A DNA stretch of 64,000 nt from contig JBFWQA010000002.1 in the NCBI GenBank assembly GCA_050249695.1, forward strand, positions 449,842 through 513,841, in the 5' to 3' direction. Of the stretch, positions 10,332 to 20,590 are shown piece by piece; the stretch's first letter is position 1, and each line of letters opens with the position of its first letter. This DNA comes from Flavobacteriaceae bacterium (GTDB lineage Bacteria; Pseudomonadota; Alphaproteobacteria; Rhizobiales; Tepidamorphaceae). Below the pieces are notes generated by a model, which did not search any database, was not told the DNA's origin, and worked only from the letters and a program-made list of their open reading frames with translations. Both the position numbers and the translations under genes were made by a program.

Positions 10332-11018
10332 TCAGTCCGCATAGCGGCGCCAGATCGCATTCTCGCCAAGCGTGGCGACGAACGCCTCGTGGGCAGCGCG
10401 TTCAATTTCACTGACGCGTTCAGGCAACGGCGCCGGGCGCGCCTCCGGCGCCCTGATGCCGCCGCCGATCTCCCGGCGCTCGTGCGCGACAAGGGCAAGG
10501 CCGGCCTGCCGGCCGCCATTGAGCTCGATATAGACTTCCGCCAGCAGCTCGCAATCGAGCAGGGCGCCATGTTTGGTGCGCCGGCTGTTGTCGATCCCGT
10601 AGCGCTGGCAGAGATCGTCGAGCCTGTTGCCGCCGCCCGGGTGGCGGCGCCGCGCCAGCGCCAGCGTGTCGACGACGTTGGCGGCATCGAGAGGCTGACG
10701 GCCGCAGCGGCGGAGTTCCATGTTGAGGAAGCCGATGTCGAACTCGGCGTTGTGAATCACCAGCCGCGCGCCGTCGACGAATGCCAGAAACTCGTCGGCG
10801 AGTTCGGCAAAACGCGGCTTGTCGGCGAGGAAGGCGGCTGAAAGGCCGTGCACGGCTTCGGCTTCGGCCGGCATGTCGCGTTCGGGATTGAAATAGAAAT
10901 GCCAGTTGCGTCCGGTCGGGATGCCGTTGTCGAGCTCGACGCAGCCGATTTCCACCAGACGGTCGCCGGTCAGAGCGTTCAGACCGGTGGTTTCGGTATC
11001 AAGGACGATCTCTCGCAA
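10332..11018 (-). CDS. dnaQ: DNA polymerase III epsilon (3'-5' exonuclease) subunit
   Basis: ORF 10332..11018. MREIVLDTETTGL (ExoI), HNAEFD (ExoII) and HGALLDCELLAEVY (ExoIII). Confidence 0.94.
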   Translation of the reverse strand: MREIVLDTETTGLNALTGDRLVEIGCVELDNGIPTGRNWHFYFNPERDMPAEAEAVHGLSAAFLADKPRFAELADEFLAFVDGARLVIHNAEFDIGFLNMELRRCGRQPLDAANVVDTLALARRRHPGGGNRLDDLCQRYGIDNSRRTKHGALLDCELLAEVYIELNGGRQAGLALVAHERREIGGGIRAPEARPAPLPERVSEIERAAHEAFVATLGENAIWRRYAD

Positions 11019-11062
11019 CGGTTCGCTTCCCTTCGTGACGGGGCGCAGGATAGCGCCGCGAA

Positions 11063-11644
11063 TCAGCCCGCGGCAATCGCCGCCAGCGCGTCTTCCACGG
11101 CCCTTCGCGTTTCCTCCAGACTGACCCCGGTATCGATGACGATATCGGCGCGCTTGCGCTTTTCCGCATCGGGCATCTGGCGGGCGAGAATGGCCTCGAA
11201 TTTTTCCGGCGACATGTTGGGGCGGGCGAGCACGCGTTCGCGCTGCTTTTCAAAGGGTGCCGAGACGAGCACGGTCGTTGCGACATTCTTTTCGCCGCCG
11301 GTCTCGAACAGGAGGGGAATATCGAAGACGACCATCGTGTGGCCGGCGGCCTTGGCGGCCTCCACGAAGCGCCGCCGGCTTTCATGAACGGCCGGATGGA
11401 CGATCGCCTCCAGCCGGGCCATCGCGGCGGGATCTGCGAGCGCCGCGGCGAGTTTCGTCCGGTCGACGCCACGCTCGTCGGTCGCGCCCGGGAAGGCGCT
11501 TTCGATCGCAGGCACCAGTTCGCCGCGATAGAGGCGATGCACCTCGGCATCGGCGTCGAAGACGGGAACGCCGAGATCGCGGAACATCTCCGCGACGGTC
11601 GACTTGCCCATGCCGATAGATCCGGTGAGGCCGATGATCTTCAT
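11063..11644 (-). CDS. coaE: Dephospho-CoA kinase
   Basis: Within ORF 11063..11731. [21 protein letters not shown] contains a P-loop. ATG at 11644. Confidence 0.92.
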   Translation of the reverse strand: MKIIGLTGSIGMGKSTVAEMFRDLGVPVFDADAEVHRLYRGELVPAIESAFPGATDERGVDRTKLAAALADPAAMARLEAIVHPAVHESRRRFVEAAKAAGHTMVVFDIPLLFETGGEKNVATTVLVSAPFEKQRERVLARPNMSPEKFEAILARQMPDAEKRKRADIVIDTGVSLEETRRAVEDALAAIAAG

Positions 11645-11655
11645 GGCGCCGCCGG

Positions 11656-12516
11656 TCACGGTTTCGCGGCCATGTCGGCGAGGACGAGCCGGCGCAGTTC
11701 GGCGCTGACCACGGGGGCGACGCCGAACCATTTTTCAAACGAGGTCGCCGCGCCGTAAAGCAGCATGCCCAGACCGTCGACCGTCCTGTTGCCCATGGCC
11801 TCGGCCTGCGCAAGCAGCGGCGTCAGCAACGGCACATAGACGATGTCGTGAACCACGGCGCGCGGGTTCAGCCCTTTCAGGCTTTGTGTCCAGGCCGGTC
11901 CGTCCTTCATGCCCATGCTGGTCGTGTTGACCACGAAGTCGGCCTCGGCGAGGATTTCCTCAAGCGGTCCTGTCGCCTCGAGCAATTTCTCGCCGAAATC
12001 GGCGATCAGGGCTTTCGTCCTCGCAGGCGAACGGTTGACGATCACGATTCTCTCAAAGCCCCGCTCCAGCAGTGCATAGACCGCCGCCCGCGCCGCGCCG
12101 CCCGCGCCGAACATCACGGCCACCTTCTTCCTGTCGTCCCAGCCGGGACCGCGCTCGTCGAGATTGGCCAGAAAGCCGGTCCAGTCCGCGTTGCCGACAC
12201 AGACCCGTCCGGCCTCGTCAAACCATAGAAGATTGGACGCGCCGATCGATCGGACATTGTCGTCGATGACGTCGGCAATGGGCAGGATCAGCTCCTTGTG
12301 GGGAACGGTGAGGTTGGCGCCGATGATTCCCGCCGCCGGCATCGCCGCGACGAACGCGCCGAGATTTTCGGGGAGGACGTCGGCCGTCTCGTAATGACCC
12401 GGAAGCCCGGCCTCGCGCAGCCAGTAATTGTGGATAAGCGGCGAGCGGCTATGCGAGATGGGATGACCGATGACGACCGCCCTGGGGCCGGCATCCGTTC
12501 GATTCGCCTCCGACAT
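11656..12516 (-). CDS. aroE: Shikimate dehydrogenase
   Basis: Within ORF 11656..12756. [18 protein letters not shown]...NLTVPHK...[11 protein letters not shown] at 12516. Confidence 0.9.
   Translation of the reverse strand: MSEANRTDAGPRAVVIGHPISHSRSPLIHNYWLREAGLPGHYETADVLPENLGAFVAAMPAAGIIGANLTVPHKELILPIADVIDDNVRSIGASNLLWFDEAGRVCVGNADWTGFLANLDERGPGWDDRKKVAVMFGAGGAARAAVYALLERGFERIVIVNRSPARTKALIADFGEKLLEATGPLEEILAEADFVVNTTSMGMKDGPAWTQSLKGLNPRAVVHDIVYVPLLTPLLAQAEAMGNRTVDGLGMLLYGAATSFEKWFGVAPVVSAELRRLVLADMAAKP
12429..12437 (+). promoter_or_regulatory. Perfect DnaA-box 9-mer (TGTGGATAA) inside aroE
   Basis: Exact match to the reverse complement of TTATCCACA. It has the same orientation as the box at 14021. 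Function is unknown because it lies in coding sequence. Confidence 0.25.
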
Positions 12517-12521
12517 AATCC

Positions 12522-13124
12522 TTATTCCTCCAAATGTCTTTTCGTTCGCAGCCAGCCCAGGAGAGGAAGAAGGGGCAGCCCGAGAATGGTGAAATAGCTG
12601 CCTTCGATGGCGCTGAAAAGCTGAACCCCAACGCCTTCCAGACGGTATCCGCCGACGCTGCCGAGAAGGTCTTCGCCGCAGGCGGCCAGGTATCGGCCGA
12701 GAAACGCCGGCGAAAAGTCGCGCATGGTGAGCGCGGCGCTGTCGCTGACATCCCATATCGTTTCGCCGGCACTGGCGCAGGCGACCGCGGCGTGGAGCAT
12801 GTGGCGGCGGCCGCGCAGGCGCAGCAGCTTATGGCGCAACGCTGCCATATCGGAGGCCTTGGTCAGCAGTTCGCCATCGAGATCGAGCGTCTGGTCGGAC
12901 CCGATGACGATCGCATCGGGGTGGGCGGCCGATACGGTTTCGGCCTTGAGGCGGGCGAGGATGCCGGCGGCGTCGGCGGGGGTCAGGCCGCCGCCTTCGC
13001 GGCGCGCCAGCGCGATCACCGCTTCCTCGTCGACCTCCGGCGCGACCGCATCGAAGTCGATGCCGGCGTTGGCGAGCAGCCGCTGCCGGGTCGGGCTCGT
13101 CGAGGCAAGGATGAGACGGGTCAT
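12522..13124 (-). CDS. maf: Maf-like nucleoside triphosphate pyrophosphatase / septum formation protein
   Basis: Within ORF 12522..13217. [24 protein letters not shown]. The ATG at 13124 overlaps the upstream gene's stop (ATGA). Confidence 0.9.
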   Translation of the reverse strand: MTRLILASTSPTRQRLLANAGIDFDAVAPEVDEEAVIALARREGGGLTPADAAGILARLKAETVSAAHPDAIVIGSDQTLDLDGELLTKASDMAALRHKLLRLRGRRHMLHAAVACASAGETIWDVSDSAALTMRDFSPAFLGRYLAACGEDLLGSVGGYRLEGVGVQLFSAIEGSYFTILGLPLLPLLGWLRTKRHLEE

Positions 13125-13957
13125 GACTCCGCAGCCTGCTTCCGGTCGGCGAGCAGGGCAAGGACGGCGGCCGCCGATTCCTCGATGGAGCGTCGCGTGA
13201 CATCGATGATCTGCCATCCGTGACGGGCGCAGAGGCGCCGGGTCATGGCGATCTCGTCGGCGATGGCTTTGCGGTCGACATAGGTTCCGTTGTCGTCGGC
13301 GCGCAGCGAGAGCAGCCGGTTCTGTCGGATCTGGGAGATGCGGTCGGCGGAGGCGATGAGGCCGACGATCAGGGGCCTGGTCAGCGCTTCGAGCTGCGGC
13401 GGCACCGCCATGCCGGGCACGAGCGGCACATTGGCGGTCTTGATGCCGCGATTGGCGAGATAGATGCTGGTCGGCGTCTTCGAGGTTCGGCTGATGCCGA
13501 TCAGAACCACATCGGCATCCTCGAGCGTGTCGAGATTTTGCCCGTCATCATGCACCATCGTGTAGTTGAGCGCGTCGATGCGGCGGAAATAGTGCTGGTT
13601 GAGCGTGTGCTGGCCGCCGATCCGGGGCGTCGATTCGGCGCCGAGATAGGACCGGAAAATATCGAGCACGGGCGCAAGCACGGACACGACAGGCAGCGCC
13701 AGCTCACGGCAATGCTTCTCCAGTCGCGTCGCCAGCTCGGTGTTGACCAGCGTATAGAGCACCATGCCGGGCGCTTCCTCGATCTCACGCAGGATCCTGT
13801 CGAGTTGCCGGCCCGATCGTACGAGCGGATAGACATGCTCTATCGTCCTCACGGTCGCGTACTGGGCGGCGGCGGCACGGCTGACCGCGATCAGCGTTTC
13901 GCCGGTCGCGTCCGAGACCAGATGCAGATGAACATAGTTCTTTGGCGAATCGGCCAT
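13121..13957 (-). CDS. ppsR: Pyruvate,phosphate dikinase / PEP synthase regulatory protein (kinase/pyrophosphorylase, DUF299)
   Basis: Within ORF 13121..14017. [15 protein letters not shown]...[34 protein letters not shown] at 13957. Confidence 0.88.
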   Translation of the reverse strand: MADSPKNYVHLHLVSDATGETLIAVSRAAAAQYATVRTIEHVYPLVRSGRQLDRILREIEEAPGMVLYTLVNTELATRLEKHCRELALPVVSVLAPVLDIFRSYLGAESTPRIGGQHTLNQHYFRRIDALNYTMVHDDGQNLDTLEDADVVLIGISRTSKTPTSIYLANRGIKTANVPLVPGMAVPPQLEALTRPLIVGLIASADRISQIRQNRLLSLRADDNGTYVDRKAIADEIAMTRRLCARHGWQIIDVTRRSIEESAAAVLALLADRKQAAES

Positions 13958-14319
13958 GGTCCGGACTCTCGACAGGGCGCTGCGACCGGTGTCCCGGCGG
14001 GTGATTGCGCTACTCACTCTTGTGGATAACGGGCAAAGGGCGCAGGACGCAAAAATCTTCAGGCGGAGTTGTCCGGGGAAAGCCGGCGCCGGTCAACAGG
14101 CTTTCCGGACGAAGCCGCGTGTGGAAATTCGATCAACAGGCTGGGAGTTCGGTGGACGGATCAAATTTAATGAGAATTATCAATATTTTGCGGAGGTACT
14201 TTCAGAGCAGGCATTTTGTCGCCTTGTGAAGAGATGTGGAAGCTGGGATATCCCCGTTCTGACGACGCCTAGAATCGTAAGATTCATACTTCCTTAACTA
14301 TTTCATCTATGAAGGCTGC
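13958..14319. other. Candidate chromosomal origin of replication (oriC), hemE-adjacent
   Basis: The only sizeable AT-rich non-coding gap in the core region. It holds a perfect DnaA box, degenerate boxes (TGTGGAAAT 14120, TGTGGAAGC 14236), an AT-rich stretch (14160-14215) and two GANTC sites (GAATC 14272, GATTC 14281). Flanking operons diverge from it. Confidence 0.6.
14021..14029 (+). promoter_or_regulatory. Perfect DnaA box TGTGGATAA
   Basis: Exact reverse complement of the consensus TTATCCACA, within the hemE-upstream intergenic region. Confidence 0.65.
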
Positions 14320-15336
14320 ATGGGAAAAGCGCTGATAGAAACGTTGCAGGGCCGGGGCGGCGACCGGATGCCGGTGTGGTTCATGCGGCAGGCCGGACGG
14401 TATCTTCCGGAATACCGGGAACTCAGAGCGAGGGCCGGCGGTTTTCTCGACCTCTGCTATTCTCCCGAAATGGCGAGCGAAATCACGCTCCAGCCCATCC
14501 GGCGATTCGGCTTCGACGCGGCCATCCTTTTTTCCGATATTCTCGTCATCCCCCATGCGCTCGGTCTTGACCTCCGCTTTGCCGAGGGCGAGGGACCGCT
14601 TCTGGAAAGGGCCGATACACCCGAGCGGGTGGAAAGGCTGTCGGCCGGCAGGGTGGAGGCTTTCCTGCAGCCGGTCATCGAAACGGTGACGATCCTTTCG
14701 CGCGAACTGCCGAAGGATGTCGCGCTGATCGGGTTCTGCGGTGCCCCATGGACAGTTGCGAGTTATATGGTGGCGGGTCGCGGCACGCCCGACCAGGGAC
14801 CGATACGGGAAATGAGCTACAAGGCGCCGGAGCTGCTCGACCGGATCGTGGATATCCTGGTCGACGCCTCCGCAACCTATCTGAAGGCGCAGCTTCGGGC
14901 CGGCGCGGAATGCCTGCAGATTTTCGATACCTGGGCCGGTGTCGTCGCGGATGGCTGGTTCGATCGGTGGGTGATTCAACCGACCAGACGGATCGTCGAT
15001 TCCGTCAGAGCTGAATTTCCAGACGCGATTATCATCGGTTTTCCAAAGGGTTGTTCGGAGAAGGCGGCGATTTACGCCACCGGTACCGGCGTCAACGCTG
15101 TCGGGTTCGACTGGACGGCGCGGCTTGACCGCCTGGACGAGGGGTTTGCGGCGGCAAGCCAGGGAAATCTCGATCCGCTGGCGCTGCTGGCCGGCGGCGA
15201 GGCGCTGGACGGCAGCGTCGACAAGATTCTGCGGGATGCGCGGCCTGGCCGTCATGTCTTCAATCTCGGGCACGGGATCTTGCAGCAGACGCCGATCGCG
15301 CATGTGGAACAGGTGCTGCGGCGGCTCGGGAGGTGA
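14320..15336 (+). CDS. hemE: Uroporphyrinogen decarboxylase
   Basis: ORF 14320..15336. [19 protein letters not shown] is the HemE signature. Confidence 0.95.
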   Translation: MGKALIETLQGRGGDRMPVWFMRQAGRYLPEYRELRARAGGFLDLCYSPEMASEITLQPIRRFGFDAAILFSDILVIPHALGLDLRFAEGEGPLLERADTPERVERLSAGRVEAFLQPVIETVTILSRELPKDVALIGFCGAPWTVASYMVAGRGTPDQGPIREMSYKAPELLDRIVDILVDASATYLKAQLRAGAECLQIFDTWAGVVADGWFDRWVIQPTRRIVDSVRAEFPDAIIIGFPKGCSEKAAIYATGTGVNAVGFDWTARLDRLDEGFAAASQGNLDPLALLAGGEALDGSVDKILRDARPGRHVFNLGHGILQQTPIAHVEQVLRRLGR

Positions 15337-15342
15337 CGTTCG

Positions 15343-15771
15343 ATGTATGAATGGATCAAGGCGCTGCACGTCATTTCGCTGGTCGCATGGATGGCCGCGC
15401 TGTTCTACGCGCCGAGACTCTTCGTGTACCACGCCGATTCGGTGATCGGGTCGGAGAAGTCAGAAACGTTCAAGGTCATGGAGCGTCGTCTGATGAAGGC
15501 GATAGCGACGCCGGCCATGGCGGCGACATGGGTTTTCGGACTGACGCTGCTTTTCATGGGCGGATGGCTGACGAGCGGTTCCTACTGGATCCACGCGAAA
15601 TTGTTGCTTGTCGTCATTCTCACCGGGTTTGACGGCATGTGCAGGCGCTGGATGCGCGCGTTCGCGGAAGACACGAACACCCGGCCGGCCAGATTCTACC
15701 GCATCGCCAATGAAGTGCCGACATTGCTGCTGGTTCTGATCGTCATTCTGGCGATCGTGAAGCCGTTCTGA
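15343..15771 (+). CDS. hemJ: Protoporphyrinogen IX oxidase HemJ (UPF0093/CopD-like membrane protein)
   Basis: ORF 15343..15771. MYEWIKALHVISLVAWMAALFYAPRLFVYH. Four TM segments. Confidence 0.88.
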   Translation: MYEWIKALHVISLVAWMAALFYAPRLFVYHADSVIGSEKSETFKVMERRLMKAIATPAMAATWVFGLTLLFMGGWLTSGSYWIHAKLLLVVILTGFDGMCRRWMRAFAEDTNTRPARFYRIANEVPTLLLVLIVILAIVKPF

Positions 15772-15958
15772 CGAGCAGGTTCCGAGGGGCCTGATTTTAC
15801 GTTGCGGGGCGCCGGCTTGTTTTGTATAAGGTCGGCATCCGAGTGAACGCCGCACTGTCCCCCTTGGCGTCCTTCCCCGCGATCTTGTCGCAGGGGTTTT
15901 TCCAGCAGATTTCCTGTCTGAACCAAAACTGCCCTCCTTTCCAGAAAGGCCGCTCCCG

Positions 15959-17224
15959 ATGCGGGAAATGAAACTACAGGACCTCAAGGTCAAGACGCCG
16001 CCCGAATTGCTTGCCTTTGCCGAGGAGCACGAGGTGGAGAACGCAAGCGCGCTGCGCAAGCAGGAGCTGATGTTCGCGATTCTCAAGCAACTCGCTTCCA
16101 AGGAGGTGGACATTATCGGCGAGGGCGTCGTGGAAGTCCTTCCCGACGGTTTCGGCTTCCTACGGTCGCCGGATGCGAACTATCTAGCGGGCCCGGACGA
16201 TATTTACATATCACCCAGCCAGATCCGCCGGTTCAGCCTGCGTACGGGCGACACCGTGGAAGGTCACATCCGCTCGCCTAAGGAAGGCGAGCGCTATTTC
16301 GCCCTGCTCAAGGTCAATGCGATCAATTTCGAGGATCCCGAAAAGGGACGGCACAAGATCCATTTCGACAATCTGACGCCGCTCTATCCCGATGAGCGGC
16401 TGAAGATGGAGGTAGACAATCCGACCAAGAAGGATCTGAGCACCAGGGTGATCGATCTGGTGGCGCCGCTCGGCAAGGGGCAGCGCGGTCTGATCGTCGC
16501 GCCGCCTCGGACGGGCAAGACGGTGCTGCTGCAGAACATCGCCCATTCGATCACGACCAACCATCCGGAATGCTATCTCATCGTTCTCCTGATCGATGAA
16601 CGCCCCGAGGAAGTCACCGACATGCAGCGGTCGGTCAAAGGCGAAGTGATCAGCTCGACTTTCGACGAACCAGCGGTTCGGCACGTGCAAGTAGCTGAAA
16701 TGGTTATTGAAAAGGCGAAGCGCCTGGTTGAGCACGACCGCGATGTCGTGATCCTGCTCGACTCGATCACGCGACTGGGGCGCGCCTACAACACGGTCGT
16801 TCCGTCTTCCGGCAAGGTGCTCACGGGCGGTGTCGACGCGAACGCGTTGCAGCGGCCGAAACGGTTCTTCGGCGCGGCGCGCAATATCGAGGAAGGCGGT
16901 TCGCTGACCATCATCGCGACGGCGCTGATCGATACCGGCAGCCGGATGGACGAAGTCATCTTCGAAGAGTTCAAGGGTACCGGCAACTCCGAACTGATCC
17001 TCGACCGCAAGGCGGCCGACAAGCGCGTCTTCCCGGCAATCGACATTCAGCGTTCGGGCACGCGAAAGGAAGAGCTCATCACGCCTGCCGACCAGCTCAA
17101 GAAGACATATGTGCTGCGCCGCATCCTCAACCCGATGGGGACGGTCGACGCGGTGGAGTTCCTTTTGGACAAGCTGCGCCAGACGAAGAGCAATGAAGAG
17201 TTCTTCTCCAATATGAATACCTGA
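15959..17224 (+). CDS. rho: Transcription termination factor Rho
   Basis: ORF 15959..17224. GFGFLR, Walker A PPRTGKT and RLGRAYN. Confidence 0.97.
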   Translation: MREMKLQDLKVKTPPELLAFAEEHEVENASALRKQELMFAILKQLASKEVDIIGEGVVEVLPDGFGFLRSPDANYLAGPDDIYISPSQIRRFSLRTGDTVEGHIRSPKEGERYFALLKVNAINFEDPEKGRHKIHFDNLTPLYPDERLKMEVDNPTKKDLSTRVIDLVAPLGKGQRGLIVAPPRTGKTVLLQNIAHSITTNHPECYLIVLLIDERPEEVTDMQRSVKGEVISSTFDEPAVRHVQVAEMVIEKAKRLVEHDRDVVILLDSITRLGRAYNTVVPSSGKVLTGGVDANALQRPKRFFGAARNIEEGGSLTIIATALIDTGSRMDEVIFEEFKGTGNSELILDRKAADKRVFPAIDIQRSGTRKEELITPADQLKKTYVLRRILNPMGTVDAVEFLLDKLRQTKSNEEFFSNMNT

Positions 17225-17340
17225 CGCCGCCGCCGAAATCGGGGCGCGCGGCCTCAGGGCACCGGCGCAATGGTCTCGCCACGCGCGGCCGGGAATCATC
17301 TGTGCGCGGGCGACCGGGTCTGGACCCCGCGACGAGGGCC

Positions 17341-18678
17341 ATGGTGAAAGAGGCGGAAACGATCTTTGCTCTTTCTTCCGGGAGCGGCGTTGCCGGTGTC
17401 GCAGTGATTCGCGTCAGCGGTCCCGCGGTGAGATCGGTGCTCGCCGCAATGGTCTCCGGCGCCCCGCCGCGGGAGCGCGTTGCGACCTTGAGGACGATCC
17501 GCGACCCTGAGTCGCGCGAGATACTCGATCGCGCGATCGTCCTTTTCATGCCGGGACCGAGGAGCTTCACGGGCGAGGATTCCCTGGAATTTCATGTACA
17601 TGGGGGCCGCGCCGTCATCCGGGCGGTTCTCTCGGCGCTCGGGCGGGTTCCGGGCCTGCGGGCGGCGGCGGCGGGGGAGTTCACACGGCGCGCCTTCCAT
17701 CGGGGGCGGATGGACCTGACCAGCGTTGAAGGTCTGGGGGAGCTTGTCGCCGCAGAAACCGAAGCGCAGCGGAAGCTGGCGCTGAAGGTTGCCGGTGGCG
17801 CGCTCGAATCCATATATCTGGAGATGCGGCGCGATATTATCGAGGCGCGTGCGCTTCTGGAATCGCAGATCGATTTCAGCGACGAGGACGATGTCGCGGA
17901 GATCGAAAGCACGCCGGTGCGGGAACGGATCGATTCGGTGCGGGAACGAATCTCGAGCCTGCTTGCCGGCGCGCCGGCGGGTCGGATCATACGGGAGGGG
18001 TTCCGCGTTGTTCTGGCGGGCGCGCCCAATGCGGGCAAGTCGTCCCTGCTGAATTACCTCGCCGGGCGGGATGCGGCGATCGTATCCGTCGAGGCCGGGA
18101 CGACGCGCGATGTGGTCGAGGTCAGACTTGATCTCGATGGCCAGCTGGTTCTTCTGCAGGACGTTGCCGGAATCAGGGAGGCGGCGGGGCTGATTGAGGG
18201 CGAGGGAATTGACCGGGCACGCAGGGCGATGCGCGGCGCCGATCTCGTGGTGGCGCTTGAGTCGGCGGACGCGCCCTTTCCGCCCGGCGAACTCGATGAT
18301 TTGGCCGGTACGGTGCTTGCGGTCTGGAGCAAGAGCGATATTGCGCCGATACCGACCGATTCGGGAACGAAATATGAGCTGGCGGTCTCGGTGAAGACGG
18401 GCTTGGGCCTCCCGGAATTGGCAGGTCGCCTCGCGGTTCTGGCTGGCGCCGCTATGGGCGCGCTCGATTCGGCAGCGGTTCATTCGCGCCACGCGGAGCT
18501 CTTGCAAGCGGCCGATGCGAGTTTGTCGGGCGTCTTGATATATTTGAAACGGGATGAATGGGAATTGACCGCCGATTGCCTCCAGTCCGCGGCCGGGCAG
18601 CTGGACGCGATCCTTGGCAAGATCGGGGTGGAAGATGTATTGGATGTGATCTTTTCGAGGTTTTGCATCGGCAAATGA
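17341..18678 (+). CDS. mnmE: tRNA modification GTPase MnmE
   Basis: ORF 17302..18678. ETIFALSSGSGVAGVAVIRVSG, G-domain GAPNAGKSSLLN and the C-terminal CIGK motif. ATG 17341 is preferred over the upstream GTG. Confidence 0.94.
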   Translation: MVKEAETIFALSSGSGVAGVAVIRVSGPAVRSVLAAMVSGAPPRERVATLRTIRDPESREILDRAIVLFMPGPRSFTGEDSLEFHVHGGRAVIRAVLSALGRVPGLRAAAAGEFTRRAFHRGRMDLTSVEGLGELVAAETEAQRKLALKVAGGALESIYLEMRRDIIEARALLESQIDFSDEDDVAEIESTPVRERIDSVRERISSLLAGAPAGRIIREGFRVVLAGAPNAGKSSLLNYLAGRDAAIVSVEAGTTRDVVEVRLDLDGQLVLLQDVAGIREAAGLIEGEGIDRARRAMRGADLVVALESADAPFPPGELDDLAGTVLAVWSKSDIAPIPTDSGTKYELAVSVKTGLGLPELAGRLAVLAGAAMGALDSAAVHSRHAELLQAADASLSGVLIYLKRDEWELTADCLQSAAGQLDAILGKIGVEDVLDVIFSRFCIGK

Positions 18679-18690
18679 TGGAAGCAGCAA

Positions 18691-18706
18691 TGTTTCACGT
18701 GAAACA
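18691..18706. promoter_or_regulatory. parS centromere-like ParB binding site (TGTTTCACGTGAAACA)
   Basis: Perfect 16-bp palindrome matching the canonical parS consensus tGTTtCACGTGAAACa. It lies in the mnmE-mnmG intergenic spacer, 3.4 kb upstream of parB. Confidence 0.85.
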
Positions 18707-18724
18707 GGGTCTGGCGGGTGAGTG

Positions 18725-20590
18725 ATGTCGGCCTATGATGTGATCGTCGTGGGGGGCGGGCATGCCGGGACGGAAGCCGCCGCCGTGGCGGCACGTTTCG
18801 GCGCGCGCGTCGGACTCGTGACGCTCAAGGCGGATGCGATCGGCACGATGAGCTGCAATCCCGCCATCGGAGGGCTTGGCAAGGGCCATCTCGTGCGGGA
18901 GATAGACGCGCTGGATGGCGTCATGGGCCGCGCCGCCGACCACGGGGGCATCCAGTTCCGCATTCTCAACCGACGTAAGGGGCCCGCGGTTCAGGGTCCG
19001 CGCGCTCAAGCCGACCGGAAGCTCTATCGCAACGCGGTTCAGGCCTTCATCGGCGATGAGACGGGGATTGAGATCATCGAGGGCGAGGCGGCAGATCTGA
19101 TCCTCGCTGACGGGTTCGCGGCGGGAATCATCCTCGCCGACGGGCGCGAGATCCGCGGCGGCGCCGTTGTCCTGACGACGGGAACCTTTCTTCGCGGTAT
19201 TATCCATCGTGGTGACGAGCGGCAGGCCGGCGGCCGAATCGGCGAGCGGCCCGCAAACGCGCTGGGTCTCCGGCTGGAGACCATGGGTTTCGCCGTCGGT
19301 CGACTGAAGACGGGAACGCCGCCGCGCCTGGACGGGCGGACGATCGACTGGGAGGGGCTCGAAAAGCAACCGGGCGACGAGAATCCGCAGCCGTTCTCTT
19401 TCATGAACGCGGCGATTTCAACGCCGCAGGTCCCGTGCCACATCACGAGAACAACGGCCGAGACGCATCGCCTCATCGCCGGCAATCTCGATCGCGCGCC
19501 GCTTTTCACGGGCGCCATTTCCGCGCTCGGGCCGCGTTATTGCCCTTCGATCGAGGACAAGGTGGTGCGCTTCGCCGACAGGGATTCCCACCAGATTTTC
19601 CTTGAGCCCGAGGGGTTGGACGACGACACGGTGTATCCGAACGGGATTTCGACGTCCCTTCCGCGCGATGTCCAGGACGGCGTGGTGGCGAGTTTGCCCG
19701 GGCTGAAGCGCGCGAAGATCCTGCAATATGGTTATGCCATCGAATATGATTTCGTCGATCCTCGAGCGCTCTACCCGACGCTGGAGACCAAGAGGATAGC
19801 CGGTCTGTTCTTCGCCGGGCAGTTGAATGGCACAACGGGATACGAGGAAGCCGGGGCGCAGGGGCTTGTGGCAGGCGTGAATGCAGCGCGGCGGGCGGCG
19901 GGCATGGAGGGCGTCATATTTCCGCGAGCCGAATCCTATATCGGCGTCATGATCGACGATCTCGTCACCCAGGGGGTGCGCGAACCCTATCGTATGTTCA
20001 CGTCACGGGCGGAATACCGGCTGCTGCTACGGGCCGACAATGCGGACCAGCGACTGACACCAAAGGGAATCGATCTGGGGATCGTCCGGCGGGAGCGCGC
20101 GGAGCTGTTTGGCGGCAAGAGTGTGGCGCTGGCTGCCGCGCGGGATTTGCTGCAGGGCATGACGATCACGCCCAATGAAGCCGCGGCCCGGGGGTTGCCG
20201 CTCAATCGCGACGGACAGCGGCGGAGTGCCTGGCAGATTCTGAGCTATCCGGATATGGATTTCGATTCGGCCACGAACCTGTTCCCGGCGCTTTGCGTGA
20301 TCGAGAAGAAGATCGCCGACCAGATCGCGATCGATGCGAAATATGCTGTCTATCTAGAGAAGCAACGTTCCGAGCACGAACGGATGCGCCGTGACGAGAT
20401 GCTCAGTCTCCCTGCCGATCTGGACTATCCGAGCATACCCGGTCTGTCGAACGAGTTGCGGGGCAAACTGATGCAGGTTCGGCCGGCGTCTGTCGGACAG
20501 GCCGGGCGGATCGAGGGAATGACGCCGGCGGCGCTCGTGCTGCTGGGTGCTATTGCGCGTCGGGGCGGATTCAGAAAGCGGGCCGGCTGA
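18725..20590 (+). CDS. mnmG: tRNA uridine 5-carboxymethylaminomethyl modification enzyme MnmG (GidA)
   Basis: ORF 18722..20590. [16 protein letters not shown] is the FAD motif. ATG at 18725. Confidence 0.96.
   Translation: MSAYDVIVVGGGHAGTEAAAVAARFGARVGLVTLKADAIGTMSCNPAIGGLGKGHLVREIDALDGVMGRAADHGGIQFRILNRRKGPAVQGPRAQADRKLYRNAVQAFIGDETGIEIIEGEAADLILADGFAAGIILADGREIRGGAVVLTTGTFLRGIIHRGDERQAGGRIGERPANALGLRLETMGFAVGRLKTGTPPRLDGRTIDWEGLEKQPGDENPQPFSFMNAAISTPQVPCHITRTTAETHRLIAGNLDRAPLFTGAISALGPRYCPSIEDKVVRFADRDSHQIFLEPEGLDDDTVYPNGISTSLPRDVQDGVVASLPGLKRAKILQYGYAIEYDFVDPRALYPTLETKRIAGLFFAGQLNGTTGYEEAGAQGLVAGVNAARRAAGMEGVIFPRAESYIGVMIDDLVTQGVREPYRMFTSRAEYRLLLRADNADQRLTPKGIDLGIVRRERAELFGGKSVALAAARDLLQGMTITPNEAAARGLPLNRDGQRRSAWQILSYPDMDFDSATNLFPALCVIEKKIADQIAIDAKYAVYLEKQRSEHERMRRDEMLSLPADLDYPSIPGLSNELRGKLMQVRPASVGQAGRIEGMTPAALVLLGAIARRGGFRKRAG

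Noticed and set aside
13956-14297. 113-aa and 74-aa + ORFs inside the hemE-upstream gap
   Set aside because: They have no RBS and odd composition, and they lie in the AT-rich region that is better explained as origin and promoter DNA.
14160-14300. CtrA binding sites (TTAA-N7-TTAA) in the candidate origin
   Set aside because: Only half-sites are seen (TTAATGAGAATTATC and TTAAC at 14294). No full-consensus site is present, so no CtrA claim is made.
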